Source of the DNA: Octopus vulgaris
Taxonomy: Eukaryota
Assembly (NCBI GenBank): GCA_951406725.2
Contig: OX597828.1
Coordinates: 43,338,001 to 43,402,000, forward strand
DNA length: 64,000 bases
Direction: 5' to 3'
The first letter of the stretch is position 1. Every line of letters begins with the position of its first letter. The notes under the pieces were generated by a model, which saw only the letters and a program-made list of their open reading frames with translations, had not been told where the DNA came from and ran no database searches. Position numbers and translations under genes: made by a program. Positions 45,218 to 60,524 of this stretch are shown in pieces.

Positions 45218-46090
45218 AGAGATGAATAGTAGTAAAAATAATATGGAGTATGTAAACATGTAATGTTAAGATAGGTGTCCTGAATGAAAAGTGTATTTAG
45301 AAAACTAGAAAATAGCACAAGCCGATGTAATAGGGGAAACCACGTAATAAAACGGGATAATAGGAAAGTATCAAAATAGTCTGTCGACTGGCAAGAATTA
45401 GCTGCCAAATCTTGCTCAGTTTAGATTTTTAACGTTTTAATAATGAATGAATAATTTAAAGAATGAAGTCCTAGATAAGCTGAGAATAAAAAAACAGCAA
45501 AAAATTTGACGTGGCCGCTGGAGCAACATTTTCGATCATAGGTCATCAGGATCAAAATTGCTTTGACACAACAAGAGCAATGGTGACAGCAGCAGCAACA
45601 TACGATGAAAAGAATAATAGCAAAAATATAAATTACCAACGATTCATTTAGGCTGTTCACTAAATCAGTTTTCTCTCTCACAATGCTGGAGGTTTTTTTT
45701 TTTTCCTTTTTCAACAACCAGCAACGTTTAAGGATTAGGTGTCAAAAGAAAAAAGACAGATTAGAGTTTTATGAAAATTCAAGCGTTTAATAGCGAAGTT
45801 AAAATTCTGCGCCTCATTTGAAATACAAAAGAAGTTGATGGTAATGTATGCATGTATGTTTGTACGTATGAATGTATGTATAGTTAAGTATATATATGTA
45901 TGTATGCATGTATGTATGTATGTATGTATGTTTGTATGTATGTGTGCACGTATATATGCATATGTTTCTACGCATGTATTTATGTATGTATGCATCCATG
46001 TATGTTTGTAAGTATTTATGTATATGTGTATGTATGTACGCACGTATGCGTCTTTGATTGTATGTATAAAACTGCATACATGTATACATG

Positions 46091-46246
<156 letters not shown>

Positions 46247-46961
46247 GTATATATACATTTATATAAATATATATATATATATTATGAGTTTATGCGTGTA
46301 TGTGTGTTTGTAGATAAATATATATATGTATATAGGTATATATATATGTGTGTGTGTGCGTGTGTATGTATATTCATACATACGCACATACATATACATA
46401 TATATCATATCCATACAACTCAAATTATATTACCACTAATTAACTGACATATTTACAGAGTAAATGTTTATTATTGACGTCATCAAAGAATGTGCTCTTT
46501 GTTAGCCTCTTCAAGACAGTTCACGTTGTAATAGTAACACGGATCGTGTTAAATATAAATAAAAAATATCTTCCCTCATTATTTCAGCGAGACAGCGGTT
46601 ACAACAGCTCTGCTTACATGAATTGAGCGTATTGCTAAACCATAATAGGGCAATTGTCAATGTGTTCTTTCCCCACTTTTTTCTAACAGAGAAATGAGAA
46701 AATAACTTATCCTTTACAATTTCATTGTAAACCGTGTTTTAAATGAATTAATGTTTCCACTATATCTTAGATAGGAAAATATCGGATTTATAAATGCTTC
46801 TTTGGCTGTATCGGTTGACAAGTGTAGTTTAAATTTTTATTTTCAGTATGTAGTACGTGAGTATATACACAGACATACGCATATGAATATACATAGAGGT
46901 ACACACGCACACCCAAGGATATATATATATATATAAACATGCATATGTGTGTAATGTGTGT

Positions 46962-47055
<94 letters not shown>

Positions 47056-47165
47056 GTGTGTGTGTGTATGTATGTGTGTGTATGTGTGTGTGTGTGCGTG
47101 TAGTCAGCAGCTAAGATTCATAGATACTTAATATAGGGCACACATTACTATTTCCCGATCTTCCT

Positions 47166-47310
47166 TCCCTGACGAAGGAAGCCGGTATTACGGTAATGTT
47201 TTTTTGCATCCTGTATCGGTTGCATTTCCTTGTATTTTGGAACACATTATCTTACGACAATGAAATTACGACTATTACGTAATTCCTAGCCTTCAGGAAC
47301 AGCTGTAGGG
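47166..47310 (+). ncRNA. Degenerate hammerhead-like motif with about 110-nt stem II insertion
   Basis: TCC-CTGACGA-AGGAAG...CTTCA-GGAA-CAGCTG-TA-GGG; GAAA mutated to GGAA. Confidence 0.45.
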
Positions 47311-47389
47311 CCAAAAATACCATGTCTAACATTAGTTTCCAGTATCTTTTCTACACCATGTAAACTTGAGAAAACCTCGACAAGATTAT

Positions 47390-48122
47390 CATACGAGCTT
47401 ATTAAGAATGGTAATAGGATATTCACATTCAACTCAAGAATTCAGCTACATGAAATTACATGCTTTCTCTTAGAGATCGTATGGATAAAGTATTTCCTAA
47501 TTCATCTGTCAATTACTCCGATATAAACTGACTATGTGAATGAGCTATACTGGACCCAGCTAATGAAATAGCTGATAAACTCAATCATGAGCTTGTTCAA
47601 AAGTTAACAGATAAATCGGAAGTGTTTTTTCGATCAATTGACAATAGTCGATCAAGATCATGTTGTTCAATACCCTGTTGAATTTCTGAACACACTTAAG
47701 CCCTCTGGCATGCCATAGCATAACTTGTCACTAAAACTGGGCGCTCCCATTATGTTGCTTAGGAATCTTGAGCCATCTCAAATATGTAATGGAATTTGTT
47801 TAATTTCTTTAATTAAAACCTCATGTCCTACTGGCAAATATTATAACAGGTAGTCACAAAGGAGAAAATTACTTTATTCCAAATTATCTCTCATACCTAC
47901 AGATGTTGCATTTGAATATAAGTGGTTTCCTCTTCCAGTCAAACTAACTTTTGGTATTTCAATTAAGAAATCTCAGGGTACATCCCTCGAGGGAGTTGGA
48001 CATGCATCTCCCACGGTCAGTTCTATGTTGTTTGTTCGCGATTTGGAAGCAGCAATAATCTATTCATTTCGACACCGACGAAAAATTACACGATGAATAT
48101 TGTTTAACCTGAAGTGCTTCAA
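47390..48122 (+). mobile_element. Decayed Helitron RepHel PIF1-like helicase C-terminus
   Basis: [60 protein letters not shown] with stops and frameshifts. Confidence 0.9.
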
Positions 48123-48266
48123 CATTGACAGATATCCAGTCCGAAATTGCATTATCATTACAACTCGGATATTTCTTTATAAAATATAGATATTCTGAAA
48201 TAATTATGAAAATATATCTTTATATTTATTGTTTGCTAATCTGCATAAGAATACATACATGCATAC

Positions 48267-48337
<71 letters not shown>

Positions 48338-48392
48338 TATATGTATGTATACATATACACACATATATTTATATATCTGTACATATATACCT

Positions 48393-48425
<33 letters not shown>

Positions 48426-48438
48426 CAAATATATATAT

Positions 48439-48557
<119 letters not shown>

Positions 48558-48863
48558 TATATATATATATACAGACACATATATACATATATATATAACG
48601 ACACGTGTTTTATCGCACTATTGTTTTCCTTCCTTTTGGACTTGTTCCTCCGTCCTGTTTCTGATGAAGAGACGCGCTAGAAACTTCACAACCCTTCTTT
48701 CGTCCATTTTAAACTGTTTCTAAGTGTCAATGCAATATATTCATGGTGTGTGTGTGTGTGCGTCCTTTTGACTTTTGTTGTTTTCTTGATGTGGTTTTCA
48801 ATTTTATCTCGAATTCGCACCCCTCCCCCTCATACGCACGCACACAACACACAAACACACACA

Positions 48864-48918
<55 letters not shown>

Positions 48919-49051
48919 TACATATTTGAAACTTTTCGAGGTTTTTCTGTATAGAACTACAAATCAAATACGATGTTCGGTGCCTGATTAATAATGATAA
49001 ATGCTTAAACAAAAATCTATATATATTTGTATATGATCCTATTTTTTAATA

Positions 49052-49137
<86 letters not shown>

Positions 49138-49149
49138 TAGATAGATAGT

Positions 49150-49214
<65 letters not shown>

Positions 49215-49222
49215 ATGATAGT

Positions 49223-49268
<46 letters not shown>

Positions 49269-50280
49269 GATAGATATTGTTCATGTTATTATTCAAAACA
49301 CTATCTGTAAAATGATTGCTTCTAATTTTAACATAAGGTCAATAATTTTAAGAGACCCGTTACCATCGCCCTCTGTAATTCGTTTTACCGAACATAGAGA
49401 GAGACGAAGGGCAAAGTTGAACACGGCGATGATTTGAAATAACTATCTCATGTAACTGCATACTGTTACACATGTTATACGACGGTTTAACGACACTTCC
49501 GATTATACCAGTTCAATGTCAGTAAAATAACCATTTCTACTATTGGCACAAGGCCTAACATTTTAAGGGTAGGAATTTAATCAGTTACATCAGCCTCAAT
49601 ACCCACTCAAATGGAACTTATTTTATCGACCATGAAATGATCAGAAGAAATGATCACAATCGATTTCGGGAGTATTTGAAGTCAGACTAAACCGGAAGAA
49701 ATAGCTCTCCGCCGTGTGTCCAGCGAGTTATCGATCCTGCGAGCTCGCTGCTTTAATGTCGGTAAAATATGATACGTTTAATAAGATATTTCTCTAAAAA
49801 TGAAGTAAACATCATCGTAATTTCCTTGCATTAAAAGCAATCTACAAAAGAAAGTACTACCTAGTAGCACTAATAAGACTAGTTAGGCTGAGGAGGTTAA
49901 ATAAGACCATATCAGGCACAGAATTTTACCGTATTATTTACTCAATGCTAGATTCTCCTCATTTTGTCTTACATGTCCATCTTTTATGATTCCTCCGTTA
50001 CATTTCGTGACGCGATGGAAAAAAATCTAATGAATTATATAATGTAATATTAATGAGTATATATTTCTTGTCTCGGTACCATAGATATATTACAACTCAA
50101 CTTGTAATTTGATATTACAAGAATGAAAAAACAAAAAACAATTTCTAAAAAAAATGTTTTTACCTTTTCACTTATTCTTATCTTGTTTGTAACTTCATTT
50201 CATTTTTTAAAACTTCTCTTTGTTTATTCAGTTACAGTATTTCACTCTTGTCTTGTACCTTCTTAACCTCACCCATCTAA

Positions 50281-50725
50281 CAGCGGTGTTGACAGAAACG
50301 TTTGAGCGTTCCACTAAAAAGCCTTGTGGTATTTCTTGCCCCTCTTTTCGTTCTGAGTTCAAATTCTACTTTTGTCTTTCATCCTTTCAAGGTAGGCAAA
50401 ATATATTTCTTAACTACCTACAAGGGGCTAAACAGAGAGGGGACAAACAAGGACAGACAAAGGGATCAAGTAGATTACATCGACCCCAGTGCGAAATTGG
50501 TACTTAATTTATCGACCCCGAAAGGATGAAAGGCACAAAGTCGACCTCGACGGAATTTGAACTCAGAACCTAACGACAGAAGAAATACCGCTAAGCATTT
50601 CGCCCGGCGCGCTAACGTTTCTGCCAGCTCGCCAGGCAAAATAAACAACCAACCAAATAATAGCGTCAGCACGTTATCAGCACATTTCCTAGGCAAAATT
50701 TCAGGCCTTGTGCTTAAACTGGAAA
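50281..50725. mobile_element. SINE B1 (minus) inserted in old SINE B2 (plus), 10-bp TSD
   Basis: AGGCAAAATA at 50394-50403 and 50634-50643. Confidence 0.85.
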
Positions 50726-51454
50726 CAACAAATTGTCCTCTAACTAAAATGCTCTAAATCCATTTCAAAGTGCTTAACTAAAGCATAAACTTATTTTTGG
50801 ACAGGAAATACGGACAATACAGTCAGTATGGTTAATCATAAATATGATAAGCTAACAAGGAAACAAGTACGAGGTTAGTGGTCTTACTAGCAATAACAAA
50901 TTCTCTTTTATATCACACACTACCATATTAAGCGATGAAGGACACATAACTAATGCAGTTTGAAATATACTGTCTGAAAATAAAATGGAATTCTCACAGC
51001 TGGAACGCTTTGATCATAGATTTACAGGTCAATCAAATCTAATTTGGTATGAAACAGCAGCAACAATAACACGACGACGAAAATGACCTTACTGTTACGC
51101 ATTCGCCCATCATATAAACGTACACGATTTGTTTAAATATTAACTGATTCTATGTTCACGTAAACAGGGTTTAATGGTGTGAAAGGGTAAATGGGTGAAA
51201 TAACTTCTTATATACTGTATGCTATTTGCATAGATTGTGCTATTATCGAAGTAATATACTCTGCAAACTTGGTCAAAGACTTGGACATTTGTCACATTTC
51301 TCCAGTGTTCCAAGATCCTGCACTCTGGCTGAAGGTTTGGAGCATCTAAAACATACAAGTCTAAATCATATACGCAAAATATATATATAAACACACGCAT
51401 GTATATATATATATATATATATGTTGGATTGATACTCACATATATGTGCATGTT

Positions 51455-51487
<33 letters not shown>

Positions 51488-51683
51488 ATAATAATGTATT
51501 CGTATAGATATATAAATGTATATATATATATATGCATACACACACAAACATACAGATACAAATACATATATAAACACACACACGCGTACACATACGCACA
51601 TACACCTATGCCTATGTCTATATGTTGTCTGTCTATCTACCTCCCTCTCTGTATTTCTCTCTCTTTCTCTCTCTCTCTGTATT

Positions 51684-51716
<33 letters not shown>

Positions 51717-51991
51717 ACAAGCATACACAAACACACACACGCACTCACACATATATTTAGGTGTATGAATATGTTTTTGATAGTGTGTATGTGTATGTTG
51801 ATATTATAAATTCATGTTTGTGTACATATAGTATGTGTGTGCATATAATGTATATTTATATCGAATTTATAATATATATCATGTACATACTACATCTTTA
51901 TGCATTGTATTCACACATAAATGCATACTTACATATATAAATACATGGATATATATATATACATACATTCACATATACATACATGCATATA

Positions 51992-52045
<54 letters not shown>

Positions 52046-52868
52046 CATATATACACACACAGATACTTACATTTGTATATATTCATGTGTGTATACGTAT
52101 ACATAAATACATACACATTGTTTGTGTATGAGTTTGTGTGCATGCGTAAATACGTATATGTATCTTCTTGTGAATCTCTCTACGTGTGCGTGAGAGATTT
52201 CATCTTATTTCTTTTTCTTCCTTTGTTGGTTCGCCATTAAATTTGCTTTGTTTATTTTATAAAGTCGTTCTTCTTGTTGCTAATGCTATTGATATTGTTT
52301 AAATCTTGTCGATTTATTTTGTTTTGTTTTGTTTTTTTCGTTTGTTTTCTTTTACGCTTTCATTTTGTCAGACGAGTAGTAGCTGACGTTTGGAGTCAGA
52401 TGGTCGTATTTGGGCGCGACGACGGTGGCGATGGAGAAAAAAAACTGTTTTTTACTTGTTGTGGTCGCCATTTTTTTCTCACAATTTTCTTTCTATTTCA
52501 TGCCTTTTTATGCAAATATATTCATTAATGAAGCAAAACAGAAATGGCAACAAAAACAATAACAACAACAACAACAAGAATCGTTTCTATGATAGGTAAA
52601 AGACACCAAATTTCTTTTGCTTGGGATGTAAAAGTAGATTACACCCATTCAAGTTGTCATCTGCTATTTATTTTATCTACAGCGAATGGATAAAAGAAGT
52701 TTAGCTCAGCAGAATATAAAATTCAGAGCATATAGCCGGAAGAAATGCCACTGAGCATTTTCTCCGGCGATCCTAATATTCTGCTAGCTCGTCACCTTAA
52801 TAATAATATTAGCGACAAGTACTTCTACTACTACTACTACCACCACCACCACCACCACCACCACCACC

Positions 52869-53013
<145 letters not shown>

Positions 53014-53200
53014 ATCAGGCTAATCGTTTCCACTAAAGTCAGAAGGTTTAAAATTTCGGTGAGCGGTCCACTCGACAATAAAAAACTCCAGTGTTTCACT
53101 AGTACTTAATTTATCGACCTCGAAAGGTTGAACCGTAAAGTCGAACTCGGCGGAATTTAAACCCAGGGCGTAAAGACATAGAGTACAAGTGTGTAAGTCG

Positions 53201-53247
<47 letters not shown>

Positions 53248-53249
<2 letters not shown>

Positions 53250-53737
53250 GGAAAAATGCGAGCATGAAATGTAATATTCTTAAGATTATGAACCTGGGAA
53301 AGTACAGGACAAATTATTACACCTGTAAAAGTATAAGACAAAATAAAGAAAAAGATACTTTTTACTTAAAATATTGCAGCAAATAATGCCAGTTCTAATT
53401 TATCACTCTTTTCAGTTCTCATTTTAAAATTTATTGTACAAAACTGTTCAGCTGATTGGTAAGTTTGTCTAATTAGTGGCTTTTTTCTGTATTTAAGGTA
53501 GTAAATTAGCTATATTCTACTTAAATAAGTATAGTGTTATTTGTAAACTATAATAAAATAAGTTTTTAATATTCAAATTTTAATTTTAGCTGCAATATTT
53601 TAAGTAAATGTTTGCTTTTCTTTACTTTACTAGAAGTAATAGCTTGTCCTATACTTTTACATGTGTAATAACTTGTCCTGTAATTTTCCAGGTTTATAAT
53701 ATTAACAATATTACTTTACATACTCGCATTTTTTCCA
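53248..53737. mobile_element. Foldback/MITE-like element with about 130-bp inverted arms
   Basis: TGGAAAAATGCGAG vs CTCGCATTTTTTCCA; TTTACTTAAAATATTGCAGC vs GCTGCAATATTTTAAGTAAA. Confidence 0.8.
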
Positions 53738-54867
53738 ATTGGTCCATGATTTTTCCAGGCATTGAAGTTATAAGATAATTAGCAATGTGTCAATTAATAA
53801 TTTAAGATTTTACCTAATCAAACACTGAAAGATAATATTTTAATTTGTCTATGTAAGTGAGGATAATATTTCAATTTTTTTCATGATTAATTTAAATATA
53901 TACTGTTATTAAATTATTTGATATCACCCACCCACTCCATATTAGTGGCAAGGAATTTTACCATGTTGTTGATTGCACCATGGCTCACCAGAAGTTGCAA
54001 ACAACAAGAGCCAAAACCCGAAACCATCATTTACCAGGCTCACCTTCAGTAACTTAATTTTGCAACATTAGGAGGTCACAGGAATTCATTCAACGCAAAA
54101 AAATTCCCAATGATTCGGGGATTGGGGAGGGGGCAGCTCCCTCATTTTTTCCAAACGGAAATAAGGGATTTGCAGTATATGAGGAGGTCAGGGGCCACAG
54201 GGCCATTGTATGTAATGCCCTAGATTATCCCTGAATTTTTCCATTGTCACTCTGTAACTTCTGACGAAATAACTTCTAAAATACAAACTTTTGTCAAAAA
54301 CTTTATGAGTTTAACCCTATTCTATGTGACACATTCTACTAGTATCGAAAGTATGAAAGTGTTTAGTTAAAAATAAAATAACTATTCTATACGTTAAAGT
54401 TTTACCTCGGCGAAATTTGAACTCAAAACGTAAAGGAAGAGGGAATATCGCTAAGAATTTCGCCCGGCGCGTTAAAGTTTCGGCCAGGTCGGCGCCTTTG
54501 GAGAGTAAGCATTCATTTTAGAAATGTATTATTCATTCTTATTGCTTAATCGTTACTTCTTACATACTGACATACATTTTTGTATCATTTTACCTCATAA
54601 CTGTTTTTCTACTAGTTTTTGTTCAATGCGACTAACGATTCTGAATTCTTTAGCATTTTTCTATCATTTAAGCCTAAGAAGAGTATACTTTTAATTTAAT
54701 ATCTAAAAATTCATGTTAATTGAAGACGAATATCTGCCTTACTGCCCACTTGAGGTCTGACATATTTTGATGTAACTTATTTTCTACTGAACCAAATCTC
54801 AAACTATTTATGCCAAAGTGTAGCTGAGGAGGTGTCCTCTTTAACACAAATAATATATATATATATA

Positions 54868-55075
54868 GCGCGCCAGGCGGAATGTTTAGCGGTATTTCGT
54901 CTGTCGTTATGTTCTGAGTTCAAATTCCACCGAGGTCGACTTTGCCTTTCATTCTTTCGGGGTCGATAAATAAAAGTACCAGTTTCGCACTGGGGTCGAT
55001 GTAATCGACTTAATCCCTTTGTCTGTCCTTGTTTGTCCTCTCTATGTTTAGCCCCTTGTGGGCAATAAAGAAATA
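54868..55075 (+). mobile_element. SINE B1 inserted in (TA)n
   Basis: Family match; TA repeats on both sides. Confidence 0.9.
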
Positions 55076-55375
55076 TATATGATTAAAAGTAGGACAATGA
55101 GAATAATTGCTCAGCACCACATTGGAGGATAGAAATTCTTTATTTGTATATTAAGGCTACCATTGGTTTCATGTTAAGAAAATGCATTAATATCTTATTG
55201 TGCATGTACGTGTGTGCGCGTTCGCGCGTCTGTATGTATGTTTCTGTGTGTGTATGTGCGTGAGTATGTTTATGTATGTCATGTAAGTTTACATGTGGAT
55301 GTATATATTTAGGCATGAATGTACGTATACTTGTATGTACCATTTTACATCTAACTGCACAAGAACGCGTGGGCG

Positions 55376-55407
<32 letters not shown>

Positions 55408-55440
55408 TGAAATTTACAGAGCAACAAACGACGAAGACAC

Positions 55441-55485
<45 letters not shown>

Positions 55486-55884
55486 CTAGCAGTATCGCCC
55501 GGCGTTGCTCGGGTTTGTAAGGGAAATAACCTTATAAGCATTTTTAGAGAGTTATAGCCAAAAAATAGCAAAAAATGCATTAAAAATTCAAAAAAAAAAT
55601 TAAGGTAAATTTTTTTTTTTTAAATCGTTGACACATCGTAGATATTTTTAGAGAGTTACTTCCCTTATATAAAAGCGAAAAAATGCATTAAAATGGAAAA
55701 ATATGATGGTAAATTTTTTTAAAATCGTAGACTCATCGTAGACGCGCGCTAATACCCAGAAGGGCTCGATATGAATCACGACTATAAGATACCCGCTTTT
55801 GGTTAAACTGCACCGCAAAATGTGGGAGTAGTTACGAATCTACATCGAAGGGGACAGACACACAACTTCACTCTTATATAAAGA
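55486..55884 (-). mobile_element. Non-autonomous Helitron
   Basis: Minus strand A|TCTTTATATAAG start, GC-rich hairpin CCCGAGCAACGCCGGG, CTAG|T end, no TSD. Confidence 0.8.
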
Positions 55885-56665
55885 TGCTTTTTTTTTCAGT
55901 CATACAGTTAGATTTATGAAGGTCTTCAGTAGAAAATCCTTCGAATTCTGACTCGCTGCTTGATATAATGAAATTCGTATCCATTTTTTGTCAGAATTAC
56001 AAATTTTGAAAACACAATAGGAACAAATTTCGGAAAAAAATCTCCCATAATTCACGGAATTAAAATTACACTTCGATTTTTGTACAAAACTGTATTTGAA
56101 GTGTTTACGAAGTATAATACGTGTTTTCACGAATGTACTAAAGAGATTTACTCTGATATTCTCATTTAAATATGAATAGGTAAATTCGGGCGGTTTGGTA
56201 ACGAAAGGGTTTATATAAGTGTCGTCTGTTTATACATAAACACTGTTTTATACTTTCAGTTTAGTCTTCCTCAAATCACTCTGTCGCTAATTTACTCTCT
56301 TCCAAGAACATTTTCACTCACTGTTATCTGTTAGCTTCCCATACATTTTACTCATGTATCTATCAGCGTGATAGACAGAAACAAATATTACATCTAGTTT
56401 CACTTTATTCGTTGCACACTGTGTGTGTGCGTTTGCGTGTGCTGTAAACCAGACTAAGAAAAGCATTTGACATACACACCAGAATGTGAGTTTTCTGTAA
56501 ATTTTGCTTCATTGGACTTTAAATTTTAAAAACTGGACCTGGCATGACCCGATGCATTCTACTCTTAAAAATGCTAGGTAAATTGTAATTGAAGAAATCC
56601 TATATTGTAGATTTCTATAACTTACAAAGGGAGGCAGATAAAATCTGCCTTTTATAATAAGAGAG

Positions 56666-56755
<90 letters not shown>

Positions 56756-57945
56756 CATTCGCCATGATAGATCGCTAGCCGCTACACATTCTATACTTTC
56801 CCTCCTTGTTTCTTTCGGTTTTCCTTCCTCTGGAAGAGCGTAGGCTCGAAACGTTAAAGACTGTTTCCCTTCCCGAGCGTTATACATCTGTTTGTTGTCT
56901 ACACCACCTGTTATATATATATACGTGTATGTGCGTTTGTATTCCGGAATATGTGTGTATGCACTCCTGTCTATGTGCGTGCGTGTATTTGTGGTCATGC
57001 ACTCAGAGGTATTGTACATGCGTATGTGTGTATGTATATACATTTATACATATATGACCATCTAAAATGTATATCTGTATGTATATGTATGTGTGTATGC
57101 ATGTATATATTTGTATATGTATGTGTGTGTATGCATGTATGTCTGTATGAATACACTGTCCTATGTTCGAACTAGTTTACTGTTACCTTGTATATACCAC
57201 GTATGTATGTAGAAAGGAGAAAAACAAATATAAAAAATGGCACCCCGTTCCCCCTTATCTTCCAATAAACAAATTTATTAAACTGAGCCTCTATTGTTGT
57301 CCTTCTTGTTTCTGTTGTTGCTATTGTTGTTGCTGTATATTTTATTTTTTGTCTTCATCCATTTATTTGTTTATTTGTTTTATTTTGTTTTTGTTTTTTT
57401 TCCTATGAATGTTTCTTCTGTTTAAAGATATAAAGTAGTGAAACAAGAACAAGAACAAGATGAACAACAACGATAATAGCAGGATCAGCAACATATAAAG
57501 AGGCATAAAGGAAGAAAGAAAACAAGATTTTTAAAAATTTGAATAAAGGAAGAAAAGAACGATTATCTTGAATTTACGATGAAAATGATAGTTAAATAGC
57601 TGAATGCGAAGAAGAAGAAGAAGTAGAGAAGGAAAATGAAGGAAAAAAAATAGATGTGATTGTTTGAGTTGTTTTAATGCATTCTTTCCCATTATCTATG
57701 TGTTTTGTTGCTTTTTGTCTTTTTTGTATAAGAACTGTTGCTAATCAGACATGACGGCTACCCCGTGTGTATTTTGTACACTCTGAAATTCCATATACTG
57801 TAAAACATAAAACAGAATTAACAAAAAATACTGTCGTCTTTGTCTATTGTAAAGGCAGGGTTATGACGTCCTGTTCAGAAATAAAGACGATAAGTAGTGC
57901 AATTACTTGAAATGAATAATGAAACAAAACAGACAAACCCTGAAC

Positions 57946-58003
<58 letters not shown>

Positions 58004-58404
58004 CACGTTTTTTCTGTTTGTGTTGAAATTCTGGTTTATGGAAATTATAGCATATATTTTAAATAGAATTCTGGGTTGATAATAAAGTCTATGTTTATTC
58101 GTATACTTATAAAGTTTATCTTTAGGTAAATCACTACAGGGTCTCTATTGATAAAACTAACTGAATTGTCGTTGGATTTCTACGCGCGTTATATAGATTG
58201 CAAATATTGTCACAATATTGACCAGGTTTTGACCTCTTAATCGTTTTAGCCATGAAAGCTATCTTAAACTATATTTTCCATTCATTTCCTGCGTTGTTCG
58301 TCCAAAAGTTAATTCTAGTGTCATATATGAGCAAGCCTTATTAACTTATATAGTTTACCATCAACTGGACCACTCTTCAGGATAAAACGCTTATGTAATT
58401 ATGA

Positions 58405-58668
58405 CGTGAAGTCGATTGACCTAGTGGTTAGTGAGTTGCACACACGATGTAGTGATCTTGGGTTCAAATTCGGGACAGAGTGGCACGTTGAGCCCTTGAG
58501 CAAAACAAGTCTTTTAACGCTGATCCAGTCCAGCCAGCTGTAAATGGGCAATCCTGCGACGGGCTAGCCTTTCGTTCATGGAAATCACTCGATGCTAAAA
58601 CGAAGTAAAGCGCATTGTGACCATCAATGTATAACACCATGCGTTAGTCTGGTCGATCACGCAATTAC
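58405..58668 (+). mobile_element. Diverged tRNA-head SINE, modular chimera
   Basis: Family C-like head/CORE, CCTGCGACGG segment, tail like 18170-18248. Confidence 0.65.
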
Positions 58669-58762
58669 ATGAAAACTAATGCAGTGCTTCTCAAAATTTC
58701 TGTTGTTCATTGTCCCCTTTTGTGTTCGGAATGGCATTTCATTAATACCCCCTCTCAACACG

Positions 58763-58827
<65 letters not shown>

Positions 58828-59307
58828 ACTCACAAAAGAAGAAGAAAACCAGGTTATACAGTCCTATATTTAAGAGATGAAGACTTATGTACATTATTGT
58901 TTGAGTACTAGGGTTCTTCAACCTTAACGGGTTCAGTGGAACAAATCGACCCAGATAGTACTTGTTTTTAAATCCGATATCTATTCTATCAGCCGCCTTT
59001 GGCGAACTGCTAAGGTCGTAAACAATCAAGCACAGGTTGTCAAGCGGAACTAAACTCAGGTTGTCACGTAAAACTAAAAATACAGAAGCAAAGTAAGCAA
59101 CTGGAGTGGGTTGAAATCAAAACGAAAAAAAAAAAGAAAAATGCCGAATCAAATGCTGCAGAGCTTCCAGTCCGTAATTTTTAAAGTTCGTGTAATTTAC
59201 TATCATGGATTGGTAGTTTTTTTATCGATCACGAAAATGATGAAACACAAAACTGACTTTGGAAGTTTTTGAACTCTGGACTAAGAAACTCAGAAATAAC
59301 GCAAGAC

Positions 59308-59325
59308 ACCACCACCACCACCACA

Positions 59326-59385
<60 letters not shown>

Positions 59386-59590
59386 AGCTGCAGCTACTAC
59401 TACCACCACCAGCAACGCAACCACTACTACTACTATTACTACTACTACTACTACTACTACCACTACTACTACTACTAATACCACTACTACTACTACTACT
59501 GCTGCTAATGCTACTACTAATATTACTACAACTACTACTACTACTGCTACTACTGTTGCTGCTACTACTACTACTACAACTACAGTAGAC

Positions 59591-59648
<58 letters not shown>

Positions 59649-59754
59649 AAGTAGTAGCAGCATTAGTAATACTACTAGTAGTAGTAGCAGCAACAATACT
59701 ACGAAGTAATAGTAGCAATAACAATAGCAGTGGAAGCGGCAGTAGCAGCAGTAC

Positions 59755-59786
<32 letters not shown>

Positions 59787-59820
59787 GTAGTAGTAGTAGT
59801 AGTAGTAATAGTAGTAGTAA

Positions 59821-59866
<46 letters not shown>

Positions 59867-59909
59867 TGTGTTGCTGGTAGTGGTAGTATTGGTTGTGGTG
59901 GTGGTGGTG

Positions 59910-59965
<56 letters not shown>
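59308..59965. repeat. (CTA)n then (TAG)n inverted microsatellite array
   Basis: Strand switch at about 59585; internal landmarks mirrored. Confidence 0.9.
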
Positions 59966-60289
59966 CGACATCTATTACATTTAGTCATTATAAACCGGTG
60001 AAGGAACAATCATCAGTCAGAGAATCAATTTCGGATTTATTAATATTTTATATCTGTCAACGTCAGCCAATGTAATTTAAAGTTTCCACTGCCCACATAT
60101 ATGTTGCCAACATCATCATGTAATGTATAATTTATGAGAAAATTGAACGAAACTTTGGCTATATTTAGTAAAATGATATATGAAAATGTTCATAAATAAA
60201 AGAATTGTTGAATTATAAATGATTTAACAACTTATACTGAAAGCTGCTACGAAATAAAATACTGGATGAAAAAGGAAGTTGTTGGAGAT

Positions 60290-60337
<48 letters not shown>

Positions 60338-60436
60338 AGAAAGAGAGAGAGAAAATTTTTGAGTGTGGGGCGTAGTTTGAATATTTGATTATTCAAATAC
60401 CTCAATTAGGATGTGTTGATAATTCGTATAAAAGAG

Positions 60437-60524
<88 letters not shown>

